Shown here: in pieces, positions 27,301 to 40,100 of the stretch
Position numbering within the stretch: the stretch's first letter is position 1
Layout: the number at the start of each line of letters is the position of its first letter
NCBI GenBank assembly: GCA_903813345.2
Contig: CAIIXF020000001.1
Location: forward strand, 34,100,001-34,164,000
Length of the DNA: 64,000 bases
Direction of reading: 5' to 3'
DNA from: Owenia fusiformis
Lineage: Eukaryota
The notes under the pieces: generated by a model
What the model was told of the DNA's origin: nothing
The model's input: only the letters and a program-made list of their open reading frames with translations
The model's database searches: none
Translations under genes and position numbers: made by a program

Positions 27301-27528
27301 ATAAGCTTAAAAATGATATATGACACATACTATGGAGAAATTGGTATATGTCTGCCTAGGGGGGGGGGGGGGGGGCATACTTTGGGACACTCTGTATATC
27401 TGGAAAGTACAGAAGTTCAAAAGTTCTAAATTCAATAAAGTTGAAGTAATACTGTTATAGTTCAGTTTCTATTTGAAATGATGAATGATTTAATTTGTAC
27501 GTTACGTTATGTTTAGTTGCACTTTTAT

Positions 27529-28526
27529 CACGGGGTACCATCGAATAATTTTGGCAACGTACCGGAGAACGACATTTTACTAAGAAATGGCAATAATTTA
27601 GCACAATATATTTTTTAACTAGAGTTCTATTTTGATTTTGACAAAAGTAAGTATTCCATGCAATAACTATTTCATTCATGAGTTTGTAGGAATTCTGTTG
27701 GAACCCAGTTCTGATCAAGTACGAAGTTATTGAATTCGGCGCAGACGGACTTTACTCCGAAAGAAGGTTTTTCTATTATAACTTTTCACAACATTTAAGT
27801 ATAGACTTTTGAAAAAGTACAGAATAGTCCTTATACTTTTGAATAATTCTGTTATTTCTGATTCACACGACTCTGATTTGTTTAATTAAAAAAAAGTTTT
27901 AAAAATATTACTTAGGAACGTAACCGGAGCTGGGAACGTAACCGGAGCAGATCAGTTGAATTATTTAATCAAAAAAATTAAAATATATGATTTAAAGCAC
28001 ATATACTAATTTAAAAACATACGGGATTGTTCGAATGCGTATTTATTAATACATATGCTTTAAATCATATATTTTATTTTTTAAATTATATAATTCAACT
28101 GATCTGCTTCGGTTACGTTCCCAGCTCCGGTAACGTTCCTAAGTAATATTTTTAAAACTTTTTTTTAATTAAACAAATCACGGTCGTGTGAATCAGAAAT
28201 AACAGAATTATTCAACAGTATAAGGACTATTCTGTACTTTTTTCAAAAGTCTATACTTAAATGTTGTAAAAAGTTATAGTCGAAAAACCATCTTTCGGAG
28301 TAAAGTCCGACTGCGCCGATTTCAATAACTTCGTACTTGATCAGAACTGGGTTCCAACAGAATTCCTACAAACTCATGAATGAAATAGCCATTGCATGGA
28401 ATACTTACTTTTGTCAAAATCAAATTAGAACTCTAGTTAAAAAATATATTGTGCTAAATTATTGCCATTTCTTAGTAAAATGTCGTTCTCCGGTGCGTTG
28501 CCAAAATTATTCGATGGTACCCCGTG
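27529..28526. mobile_element. Near-perfect palindromic non-autonomous DNA transposon with CAC...GTG termini and 5-bp TSD; Transib-like
   Basis: CACGGGGTACCATCGAATAATTTTGGCAACG ... CGTTGCCAAAATTATTCGATGGTACCCCGTG. TSD TTTAT (27524-27528, 28527-28531). Arms are ~475 bp with a ~45-bp spacer. The mirror ORFs 27455-27718(-) and 28337-28540(+) reflect the palindrome. Confidence 0.85.
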
Positions 28527-29176
28527 TTTATGAATTTTAATAGTCTTAAGGAGTTCATGGAGAGATCTATACTAGCTATTACACGTACTAGATCTATTAC
28601 ACGTACATTATAGCATTTCATTCACTGTAGAATTAACTGTAAATTGAGATCTGTAAGGCCAATGTGACAACATACATTCTAGTTGACAACATACATTATC
28701 TATTTTTCGTAGTAGCATCCAAAGTAAAAAGCGGGTCAAGATTTAGAGATCCCTGACGTACTGGGTAGATCTATAACAAGATATTGAAGTTACTGAGGAT
28801 CATTTGAAGTAGATATGCATAGTTGCAACTTAATTACAAATCGAATGCAACAACTACCTGATGATGAACTGACACAATATTGATCAAATCAATGCTAGTT
28901 CTTACCTCGCTTCCTCATTCTAGAAAATGGCGATCTAAAATGGCGGAAATGACATCGTACATCAAAAGTGTACTACGGTATATTTTGTCACTGTCACGTG
29001 ATTGTACCTTGTCGATGGTTAGGCGTGACTGTAATAAATCTTCGACTATGTTCAAAACAGGCTCAAAAGTAACAATGCCTGTTGCACTTCAAATACTAAT
29101 CATAACCTATATATTTCACAGGTAGTTAAATTGAGATGCTATACAGATCAAAAAATAATGCTCAAAAAGTGGTGTT

Positions 29177-29315
29177 TATAACATTTAGTAGACAAAACCA
29201 AACCATGCGGGGTTTACGAAGTGAATTTATTTCTATAACCTGATTGGCTCATCGGGCCATGACACGACACAAATAGTATATCAACGTTAAGGTAGTTGAA
29301 CACAATGACATTACA
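29177..29315 (-). repeat. Gypsy 3' LTR
   Basis: 139 bp with 3 substitutions relative to 35204-35342; adjacent to the polypurine tract. Confidence 0.9.
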
Positions 29316-29875
29316 TCTCCCTTTTTAAGATTTGTTTTATACCTAATGTGAAACATATATGAAAATATATTGGCCTTGTTTGCTCAATGTGAAACATACA
29401 TGAAAATTATATTGGCCTTTAAGTTTATGTTTGAAAACATGTTTAGCAAAAATCACTGATAACTTTATACTCAAAAGTCTCTTATAATAAACTTTTATGT
29501 AGAAACATATAGACATGTATGAAATGAGAGATGTAAGAATCCTTTTCAGCATACTATTGAATAAAAATCAAATTGTCCTTAAATGTCTTTGTTCAAAACA
29601 CTATATATGATAAACTGCAATGTATCACCATTGCTTAACACTACAAGTCTAATCTGTGAAGTGGTTTGCGATCCCTTAAAGGATAACGTCTCTCTATCAC
29701 ACTCTTTGGCGAACTGGTAGTAGATGTAGATGATTCATTTTTCACAGATGAATCAGTTTTAACAGAGTCATTGTTCTGATCACACTGGTTTGTAACACTA
29801 GTGTGAGTACCATGTTCTGAATAATCATTCTGCTGAATTTGCTCTGGATCATGATTATGCTGGATTTGCTCAGCA

Positions 29876-32345
29876 CTAGTAGGCATAAGGTGTTTTAACA
29901 ATATAGGATCTATTACTATGCTGTTTATCAACAACTCCTGGTACCCATTGATCTTTGAGTCTGAACTGAACCTTGTCACCATTTTCTAACTGAGGCAAAT
30001 CATGTGCATTTCTATCATAGTATTTCTTCTGAACCTGCTGTTTCTGAACAAGTTTTGAATGTACATTTACATGATTCGGATGACTTGGCTTCAAGAGTAT
30101 CTCAGGTGTAGGTAGAAGTGACCTGAGTCTCCTACCAAATAACATCTGAGCAGGAGACAAACCAATGCCATCTATGGGAGTGTTTCTAAACTCTAATAAG
30201 GAAATGTGTGGATCATCTTGGCTTGCTTCAGCCTTCTTCATTAAGTTCTTGACTATTTTGACACAATTTTCAGCTTGACCGTTCGACTGACTATGATGGG
30301 GGCTAATCGTCTTGTGTTCAAAACCCCAGTCTTTCGCGAATTGACGGAAAGTTTGAGAATCATAGCACGGTCCATTATCAGAGATGGATTGGTTTGGTAT
30401 GCCATGCCTAGCAAATATTGACTTCATTGCTTGCACAACACACGAACTAGTCTTGTTTTTGATTAGTTGCAATTCTGGATATTTGGAATAGTAATCTACT
30501 ACAATTACATAATCACGCTGATTGTACTCAAGTAAATCAGAACCAACTTTAGACCAAGGACGATTCGGTATTTCATGAGACTTCAATGTCTTCTTACAGT
30601 TTTGTGATCTATTGATTTGACATACAGAACACATCTTGACTATGTTCTCAATTTGACTATTCATACCTGGCCAAAATAAGACATCTCTTGCTCGGTTTTT
30701 ACATTTTTGCATTCCAAGGTGTGATTTGTGAATGAGTTTCAACATTTCAGAGCGCATAGACTTTGGAATGATAACACGATCATTTTTGTACAATACACCG
30801 TCATAGCAAGTTATTTCATCCCTAATGTTAAAATAAGGAAGTGCTAGACTTGGTAATTGCGCTTTAGACTCGGGCCAGCCATTCATTATAACTGACATGA
30901 CCGATTGTAACTCAGGATCATTCTTGGTTTCTGTTTGTATTTGTGAATACTTGACATCAGATACATTCACCATGTATAACATGTTCACAGTGAAGGCATC
31001 ATCATCATTGTTTTCATATTCATCGAGGTAAGCACGTGATAAAGTATCCGCGAGACTTCCAAGGGCTAACTTTTTCCCTGGAGTATACACAACATTGAGC
31101 GAATACTTCTGTACACGGAGTAACATTCTCTGTAATCTCATTGGTGCTTTACTAAGTGGTTTTTTGAATATAGTTTCTAATGGTTTGTGATCAGTTTCAA
31201 CTTTGACATCAGTCTGACCATAAAGATATTCATGGAACTTTTCACAACCAGCCACAATAGCAAACATCTCTTTTTCAATTTGTGCGAAATTTTGTTGAGA
31301 TTTGGTTAATGCACGTGAACCAAAAGCAACAGGACCATTATCTTGCATTAGTACCATCCCAACTCCTGCTTTACTAGCATCAACAGACATGGTGACTTTT
31401 TTGTTAACATCAAAGAATCTGAGAATGGGTGTTTTTGTAATCAACATTTTCAAATGATCGAAACTGTCTTTTTGCTTTTGAGTCCAATGAAATTCAATTT
31501 CTTTGCTCAACAATTCACGAAGTGGAGCAGTTAGCTCAGACAAGTTTGGAATGAATTTAACTAGATAATTGATGGAACCAAGGAATCTTAATATCCCTTG
31601 TTCGTCGGTTAAAACTGGCATATTGACAATAGCTTTGATCTTGTCTGCGTCTGGAGAGACACCGGAATCACTGAGTATGTGTCCCAAATACTTGATTTGA
31701 CTTTGACTGTACTGTGTTTTCCTTTTATTCAATTTAATACCCCTCTCACGGGCTCGCTGAAGTACAGCTCTTAATCTTTCATCATGCTCACTTTGAGTAG
31801 AACCCCAGACAAGTACATCGTCAACTTCAACATCAGTACCCTCAAGATCATCAAACATTTGTGACATGACTCTTTGAAACACTTCAGGTGCTGATGATAT
31901 TCCATATTCCATATGGTAACCTTTTGAAACAATAGCGACCAAAAGGTGTGTTGAATGTACAAAGTTTTCTCGAATCAGGACTGAGTTTCACTGACCAAAA
32001 TCCTTGACTTGCATCAGTAACTGTAAAGACTTTGGCACCTGTCAATTTGGTTACAACTTCTTCAACTGACTTCATAGGATGATGTTCACGCATGATTGCT
32101 TTATTCAAATCCTTTGGATCTAAACATAATCTTATTGAACCATTATGCTTTGTAACAATTACCATACTGTTTACCCATTCAGTTGGCTCATGAACAGGTT
32201 CAATAACATCAAGTTTTTCCATCCTGTCTAACTCAACTTTGACTTTATCCCTATATTTCAATGGCACTTTACGTGGTGCATGAACAACAGGAGATACATT
32301 TGGATCTAACTGTATACGATATTCTACATTTTCAATACATCCTAA
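29876..32345 (-). pseudogene. pol: Gypsy pol: reverse transcriptase, RNase H, integrase (frameshift at ~31900)
   Basis: RT motifs LCLDPKDLN, TDASQGFW, FNTPFGRY, VDDVLVWG, YLGH. RNase H motifs VDASKAG, IEKE, TDHKPL. Integrase HHCC (HKSH...CSVC) and D-D-E (GSDL, SDNGP, QAE). Confidence 0.95.
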
Positions 32346-32346
32346 T

Positions 32347-33471
32347 CAGTGCTTGAGCTAAGCTCCATTTTTCTGCTGGTCGTAAAAAGTTGGGATAAAT
32401 ATAAATGTTTCTATTTTTACATAAACTGTTTCAGTGTGGTCATTTGATTGCTTATTTTTTAAAGGACGATTCTCGGTTTGGAGAACAAAGTTCATCAATC
32501 TAAATGAGCATTATCCCTGCTTCGGACAAATTCGATTTTTTTACATAATATAGATTTGAATGTCTTCTCTTGAATAATCATAATTTAATTTGGGTAATGT
32601 TTCTAGATTTTTGCGCCAAAAAATATTAGCGTAGTACACTGATAAACATCTTTCCCCAAATCAAAACTTGTATTTTATTGAATCGGTCTAATTGAGCGTT
32701 ATCCCTGCTTCAGACCAATTTGTTATTTTTACATCTTGTAGATTTAAATGTCCCATTTTGAATATTCATAGTTTGATTTGGGTAATATTTCTAAATTTTT
32801 CATGAAAAAAATTATTAGCCCAGGAGACTGTTCTCCAAACCGAGAATCGTCCTTTAAAGTACTCACAAACATTTAAAATTTTACTGTGTAAGTTCTTTTT
32901 GTTGATCGTACAAGACCCATTCGTGGGTCTTTTGCCAATGCTGACAGAATTTACGCTTGCGTTTTTGTTCCTCGTATTCCTTGTCATACCGCTGCTTCTT
33001 TTTGGGGACGACCTCTTTTGTTTTAGTGTTGTTTTTGTCACGTTTTTGAGCAAAATTAAAAATAAAAATATCAAAAATTTTGGGCATTTTTGATACTTCC
33101 GGTATTTCGGCCAATCAAATTCCTGGAGACATATACCCTAGCTGTTTCCTCGAGAAACTGATTTTAGACCAATCAAAATCTTCGAATTATATCATGTTAA
33201 ATTATTCGCTTTAGCGAAAACGGAGAGGAAACTAAAAATGAAATTTCGTGAACTTTTTCATCAAATTGATGATTCAGAATCATTGTATTCAAGGTAAGCA
33301 AATTGTACTTAAAGGAGCTACTTCGTTTTTGTGCCGGACATTCATAAGTTGGGGTAATCTGAGATATAGTGTCCATGCCGGTCAAATTGACCATCAGTTT
33401 TTAAACTCAGCTGGTCCGTTCTATGAATCTGTCAGTCATGACCGACGGACCGACGCTTAGCTCAAGCACTG
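32347..33471 (-). mobile_element. Internally deleted hAT transposon inserted in the Gypsy gag-pol frame
   Basis: 17-bp TIR CAGTGCTTGAGCTAAGC and 8-bp TSD ATCCTAAT (32339-32346, 33472-33479). The residual peptide RKFCQHWQKTHEWVLYD (32881-33114) resembles the start of the TTF-type zinc finger of hAT transposases. Confidence 0.9.
32463..32853. mobile_element. Kolobok-type MITE nested inside the hAT element
   Basis: TTAA|AGGACGATTCTCGGTTTGGAGAACA ... TGTTCTCCAAACCGAGAATCGTCCT|TTAA: 25-bp perfect TIRs and two ~190-bp internal direct units. Confidence 0.85.
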
Positions 33472-35173
33472 ATCCTAATCCTTCAAAGACATCTGAAAAC
33501 TCATCAAGAACGGTCTTTGGAGATGCACTTGATTCATGAAACGTAGAACTAGATTTAGATCTCTTAACACGATCTGGAGATTGCTCTCTAGATTTTACAT
33601 GAGTATTTGACTTAGACACTCCCACAGAGAGTGACTTTTCACTACAACGTTTTGACAAATCCGTTCGCAATTTGAAAGTCTTTGACTGCGAACGCGACTT
33701 AACAGACGGTGTCTCGGAGCACGGTTTTACAAACTGAGGCGCTGCACTTGACTGAGACTGGGAGTACGGCAAAACAGACGGTGAACCATCAGACGAAAGA
33801 TCAAACTTTACAGACTTGGAGGGCTTTTTACCTATACCCTGATTTACACTGATCAAACATGATCTTGATGGCTTTGGTTTGACTGCTGGCTCCTGGACAA
33901 CACTGAATACTATCTTCACCAGACCCATCGTAACACAGTCTTTGGCACAGATCAGAGTAGGAGCTTTTGAATCTACAACATGAAAGACAAGGTTATGGTT
34001 CTGACCCTCATTTTTACAATTGAGATAAACCTGACCAATAGTTTTCAGTTGGTTACCACCGAAGGTTCTAACCTTTACTTTCTTTCTATGAAGTTTAAGC
34101 TTCTCTGGTGATTTTTTCTGAATACTTTGAACAGTTTTCAAAGAGATCATGTTTATATCGGCACCTGTATCTAACTTACATTGAACATTTAAGTTATTGA
34201 TAGTCAACTTTGCAGTGACATCAACTTGCTTCTGAGATTTGATAGAATATACAGAGTTTACAGACACCATACCAACAGACAGCTGATCAACATCACAGTC
34301 AGAGTCTGAGTCTGTATCTGAAAAAGAGTCACTATACTGGATCTCGTCTACAGCACGGCCACGATGACGACGCTTGTTACGACCACGACAGCTACTGGAC
34401 TTCGAACCTGGCTTACTACGGGAGTTGGACTCAGAACGGCGACCACTACTAGATTTCATATGAGGCTTAGAATCGTCAGGTTTCGACTCACAACAACGAC
34501 CAAAATGCCCCCTGCGTGAGCATCGGTAACACGTTACACTGCGAGCTGGACAGCTATTCCCTTTGTGTTCACTATGTCCGCAATTTTGACATGGGACAGA
34601 CAGCTTAATGACATCAACCTTTGCAGGATTTGACTGTTCCTTAAAAGACTGAATAATCTTGTTGGATTGTTCATGCGCTCTACATTCTTCGACGCAGGTT
34701 TCTAGTGTTAATTTGTCATTTCTTAACAGTCTGCCTCGTAGAGTGTCATTTTGTATCCCACACACAATTCTGTCTCTAATGAGACTATCATTAACTGTTC
34801 CGAACTCACAGTCCTTTGCTTTGAACTTTAATTCTGTAACATGCGAGTCTACAGTTTCACTCAACTCCTGGTCTCTTGTGAAGAACTTATGTCTACTAAG
34901 TATAATGTTCTTCCTGGGTTTACAGTACTGTTGGAACTTTCCTTCCAATGTTTTAATCTTGTTCCTATCTTCCTCACTGATAGTAAATGTTTCGAATATT
35001 TTGATTGCTTCTTCCCCACACAAATGGAGGAACGCCGCACACTGAACTTCTTCACTTTTTTCAGTTAGACCACTGGCGAGAGAATACAGCTTGAACCTTG
35101 TTAACCAGTTCTTGTAATTCTCTGAAACGTTATTTTCGAATGACATTTCTCCTGGAGGCTTTAAATGTTCCAT
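33472..35173 (-). pseudogene. gag: Gypsy gag-protease (5' part of a single gag-pol ORF)
   Basis: ATG at 35173 (MEHLKPPGEM). Capsid motif LIRDRIVCGI, zinc knuckles CQNCGHSEH...CPA and CYRCSRRGHFGRCC, aspartic protease KLDTGAD. Confidence 0.9.
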
Positions 35174-35203
35174 TTTGAGTACAATATCCACTATCAGACA
35201 CCA

Positions 35204-35342
35204 TATAACATTTAGTAGACAAAACCAAACCATGCGGGGTTTACGAAGTGAATTTATTTCTATAACCTGATTGGCTCATCGGACCATGACACGACACAAA
35301 TTGTATATCAAAGTTAAGGTAGTTGAACACAATGACATTACA
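35204..35342 (-). repeat. Gypsy 5' LTR
   Basis: Starts TGTAATG on the minus strand and is immediately followed by the TGG PBS. Confidence 0.9.
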
Positions 35343-35599
35343 ATGTTTACATGTAATAGAAACAGAAATTGAAGTGGCAGATTGAACTTTAAAATCTATT
35401 CAGCGAGAAAATCACATGTTAAACTTAAGCTGCTGAAACTAAAGATATCCTTCACAACAAGATAATCTTACCTAAACATAACATCCTTGCTATTTTTTCA
35501 ATTTTCAAATAAACATCAACGATGCATCGCTACAAACGGAAAAGGAACTACTACTGGTGGATGGCTTCGTAGGAAAAATAAGTGAGTGTCCTTTACTGC

Positions 35600-36908
35600 G
35601 TCAGCAGGCGTCTCAGATCGTCACATTTCGCCCCTTAGCCTTTATGCATAATCTGAGTGGGGCAGCGATGATATGGTCTTAAACATCGCTCGCTGTAGGA
35701 CACCACTTGTCATTCCTCTTGAGCCAGATCCACCGTGAGCTGGACTCTGCCACGGCACCTACTGCTTTAACTGCCGACTTCAGCCTGGATGGTATTAGTC
35801 CTAGCTGAGATAGAAGGTAGCGCAGCGAGGAGGCTGGGAACCCCCTACATCCCACTTCTATTGGGTACTGCACTGCATGCCACCCCCTGTTATGGCCTCG
35901 TCTACCAGATCTTGGTATTTGGCTTTCTTAAGCTGATGGGATATTTCCAGTCTAAATCCCTCGCAACTTTAGCTGTATTGTTCACATCTCGCAAGGTCCT
36001 GTCATAATTCTTCCCTTGGCATCTGATTCTTTGGTCTTGTACTGTAGGTATTAGCTCCCCCTGGATTTTAAACTGTATGGGAGAAAGCTTCCCGTCTACC
36101 AGTACCATGCTTCTTGACTTGGTGGGTTTAAACTGCATTCGGGCCCAGTTTGCCATTCTTTCTAGAGCGGACAAAATCCATCTGGCACCTACTGCTGAGA
36201 CTGTCATAACTGTGATGTCATCCATGAAAGCTCTGCATGGTGGGTGTTTTGTGCCATCATTTGCTTGTGGACCCTTACACTGCATCGTGCCTGCCTTGAG
36301 CAGTAGGTTCATTGCTGTAATGAAGAGAACTACTGATACAGTGCATCCGGCAATTATGCCCTTTCAAGCCTCTGCCAGTTGGTGGTGAACTTGCCAACTG
36401 TGAAGCGCATCATCAAGGAGTTCATGTCACCCATTGTCAGGTTGATTACATCATTTGGTACATGGTAGTGAGCTAAAGCCTCCAATATCAGTTGGTGAGG
36501 GACACTTGAGGTCCAACCAAACTACTGGCAGGGCCTTGTTCCCCTTCTTGGCTTCCTTCACTAGTTGACTAATAGCAGCCGTGTGTTCGAGGCAGCCTGA
36601 GTGTCCTGAGATGCCACCTTTCTGGATGCTTGGGTTGATAAACTGGTTGACCAGTAGAAAAGAGGTAAGTCGCTTGGCCACAATAGCCCAGAAGATCTTC
36701 CCTTCCACGTCCAGTAATGAAATCTCCCTGAACTGGTTCAGCCCTTCAGACTTCAACTCTTTAGGAACAAAGCAACCTTCAGCCAACGCCCAACTCCTTG
36801 GCAGGTCTTTCTTAATCCAGATGCTTCTTAGCAATCGCCATAGACGTTTGAGCAGTTTTGGGCAGTTCTTGTACACCCTATACGTCACACCTGTTGGGCC
36901 CGGTGTTG
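35600..36908 (-). mobile_element. R2/Hero-type non-LTR retrotransposon, 3' part (RT and C-terminus of restriction-like endonuclease; frameshifted, internally deleted)
   Basis: PGPTGVTYRVYKNCP, QFREISLLDVEGKIF, QKGGISGHSGCLEH, VVWLDL, AFMDDITV, and C-terminal PIEVGCRGF...AESSSRWIWLKR, all characteristic of Hero-clade ORFs. Confidence 0.85.
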
Positions 36909-37100
36909 TTTTTTTAACATATTATTTATTTCCTTCATAATCAAAAAAATACACAAAATATCTACTACCAATCGCCATAGGCATTCTAGGTAGTTTAAAT
37001 TACAATAGAAGATTAATTACAGTAATAATAGATGGTTTATTGGTAATGTGAGAGGTTGGGAGGGAGAGGGGGTTGTCACAAGATACAAATGAGAATAACA

Positions 37101-40100
37101 TTAATTTGATGGAAACTTATAACAGGCCTGTACAAATTGCATCACTATATCTATCAGGATTTTCTGAGAATCAATAGTGAGTTCATTTTCATAAATTAAG
37201 TATTTGACCTGTTCTGTCTTACTAGAAATAAGTTGAGTATCAAACAATAAATTTTGTTCACGAAGTGCAGTCATCATTTTATTACGTTCATGGGTATGGC
37301 GAGGGCAGGTTAGAATGAAATGCTTTGTGTCTTCAGGAGAGCCACAGAGGCATTTGTTGTCAATTATTCCAGTAAAATTATGAGTAAAGAAATGGTCTTT
37401 AAGGGCAAAATCAACTCGAAGCCTATTTAGCAGTTTTTCGTTGGTTCTACTTAAATTTAGTTTTGTAGTTGGTATGAAGTTTGAAATAGGGATAAATATC
37501 TGTTTAATAGAGCTTTTGAATCTAGAAATGGTTTGAATTTCACGAAAAGTCTGGCTTAGCTGGTTCCAATCATTTATAAGTTTTAAAACTGGTGCTTTGG
37601 AGAGTCTCATTGAAATATTTCTTGGGCAGGAAAAGGGTGAAGAGTGTCTTAAAATTCTAGTTGCTTGGTTGCGATGTTGGTCAAAAAGACTATGGACATA
37701 ATAAGGCACTTCCTTTCTTACAATTTTGAACATCAATCTTAGATTTTTTTCGTGTCTTTTGTCAGTAAGCGATTTCCACTGTAAACATTTTAAAGTTTTT
37801 GAGGTGTTAGAGCCATGCAGTACCCCAGCACATATAACAGCAGCTTGGTAGTGGATTTTATCAAGCTTTGACAAGGCCGCCAAGGATGACGGTCCGTAAA
37901 TGGAGCTACAATAGTCAAAATGAGACGCCAAATATGAATTATACATTATTTCAAGATGGTGCGACTGTATTTTGTTTGATATGAGCTTCAAAGGATTTAA
38001 CAGTTTTTGAACTTTATTAGACAGATAGTTTATATGGTCATTAAAAGTCAAATTCTCATCTAAGATGAAACCCAGGTGCTTGTGTGATTGCTTTTGGGGG
38101 ATCATTTCACCATCAAAGTAAAGCGGAGACTTTGAATATTTTTTGTCTGGTTGGGCGAAAAACTAAATGAGCACTTTTAGATGCTTTAAATTTCAATTGC
38201 CAGGTTCTAGACCATGCACTTAAAAAATTTAGGTCATTTTGGAGTTGGCCAGTTTGATTACCAGAAGGGTGGAAGAAAGAGTATAAGGAGGTATCATCTG
38301 CATAGATAAAAGTTTTCGAGGTCAGAGTGTCAGGGAGGTCATTTATGTATATCAGAAACATCAGGGGTCAGATTATGGAGCCCTGAGGCACACCGGAGTT
38401 TATGAAGTGGTCAGGAGAAAAGTTTGATGTGTGATCATCTACAGTGACACAGACTTTTCGATTTTCTAAGTAAGAAGAGCAGAGGTCAGCTAATTTACCT
38501 TGAATTCCATATGATTTCATCTTGTGAATGAGTAAGTTATACGGTACAGTATCAAAAGCAGACGCCACGTCTAAATAAACAGAATTAACACAGTTACCTT
38601 TTTCCATTTCGTTAAAGATATAGTCAGTTATTGCTAAAAATTGTAGCTCAGTGCTGTGTCCTGGAAGAAATCCAGATTGAAATTGATAAAGAAGGTTATT
38701 TTCAAGTAGATGCGTTAAAATGCGATTATGCACAACTTTTTCAAAAATTTTGGAAAAAGTGCTTAGCAAAGTGATCGGTCTATAATTTTCAACTTGAGAT
38801 CTATCAGACTTCTTATAGATTGGAGAAATGTTTCAAAGTTTCCAGCAACTAGGAAATTGGCCACATGCAAAAATTATGTTAAACAATTTTGATAACTGGA
38901 AGGATAATGCTTCCTGGGCTATTTTTGTCATTCTGTTATTAATTTTGTCAAGACCACAGGCTTTATCGCGATCAAAGGACTGGATTATTTGAAGAATTTC
39001 ATCTGGATTGGTAGATAAATGGTCAATTGATATTCCAGTTCTATTTGGAAAATGTGGAAGTGCATCGTTATCCACTTGGTTTAAATTATGATATTTTGAA
39101 GAAAAAAGTTAAGGAAACACTCAGCTTTTTCACCCTCAGTTGTAGCTATGTGATCTGAAAAATTGCACTTCAAACTAGGGAGTAAAGCATGAAAAGTTCT
39201 GGATAGAAAAGAATTGACTATGTTCCAGTATTGTTTTCCTTTACAGGTTGATTCATTAATCTGTTTTACAATATTTTCCTGGTAATTTAATTTTGCCTCT
39301 TTTATTAAGGATTTGACCTTTTCAGCTTGAGCAGTGTAGTTGTCAAAAATAGTTGTGTCATTTTTTGATTTGGTTTTCCGATAAAGTCGTTCTTTCTTAT
39401 TGATTTCACGTTTAATTTTTGAGTTCATCCAAGGTTGATCATTTGCATTTGAAATTGTTGTTTTTTGAGGAATGTATTTTGAAAATATGTCAAAAATATG
39501 ACAAGAAAAGCTTTCAGTTGTAACATTAATGTCTCTATTACTCTGATTATATAGTTCAGTCAGGTCAAAATTACGAATGTTGGAATTTATACCCTCAATA
39601 TCAGCCTGGTCATATTTCCAAATGGTTTTCTTTAATTTGTGTCTCTTACTCAGTTTTAATGGAAGAGTGGTCAAAATAGTAGAGTGGTCAGTATTACCAA
39701 TAGGGTCAGAAACAACCAATTCCCTTACGAAAAAAGGCTTGTTTGTAATAGAAAGGTCAATGCAGGTTCTTGAGTTTCTTGTTATTCTGGTAGGCTCTTT
39801 TACTAACTGGATAAGATTTAAGTTGGATAAAATAGAGTCAAGTTTATTGCCTCTCGAGTCAGTAGTACCTTCAGGCCACAATTTTTGTTGTTTGGAATTG
39901 AAATCACCATTTATAATTAGGTGGTCACATTTTATCTTGGATGCTTTGGAGAGATTTTCCCTTAGATGGTCAAAATAAGCATTTTCCTCATTTACATTCA
40001 TACTAGGAGAGCGATAATGTACACCAAATAGTATTGAAGTATTTCTAATTTTGATATTAACCCAAAGACTGTTATCAGTATTCAAATCCGGCATGGGAAT

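Larger units (their letters stand above)
29177..35342 (-). mobile_element. Full-length Ty3/Gypsy LTR retrotransposon (inactivated)
   Basis: Two 139-bp LTRs. PBS TGGTGTCTGATAGTGG (tRNA-Leu-like) follows the 5' LTR and PPT TTAAAAAGGGAGA precedes the 3' LTR. Domain order is gag-PR-RT-RH-IN. Flanks GTGTT/ATGTT form a 5-bp TSD with one mismatch. Confidence 0.95.

Noticed and set aside
20946..27394. One large Tc1/mariner element bounded by TA|CAGGGTG and CACTCTG|TA
   Set aside because: The ends diverge after ~8 bp and there is no Tc1/mariner transposase between them; they are probably unrelated MITE ends.
35174..35233. N-terminal extension of the 608-aa gag ORF
   Set aside because: It lies in the LTR/PBS. 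The last residues of that ORF (33407-33471) are likewise hAT sequence.
35590..35660. Hammerhead ribozyme in the Hero 3' UTR (GAAA...CTGAC on the minus strand)
   Set aside because: The CUGANGA core is incomplete (CTGACGC) and I could not form the required stems.
34659..39978. Plus-strand ORFs (34659-35045, 36077-36388, 36581-36940, 39577-39978; also 44003-44416)
   Set aside because: They are antisense shadows of minus-strand TE coding regions.
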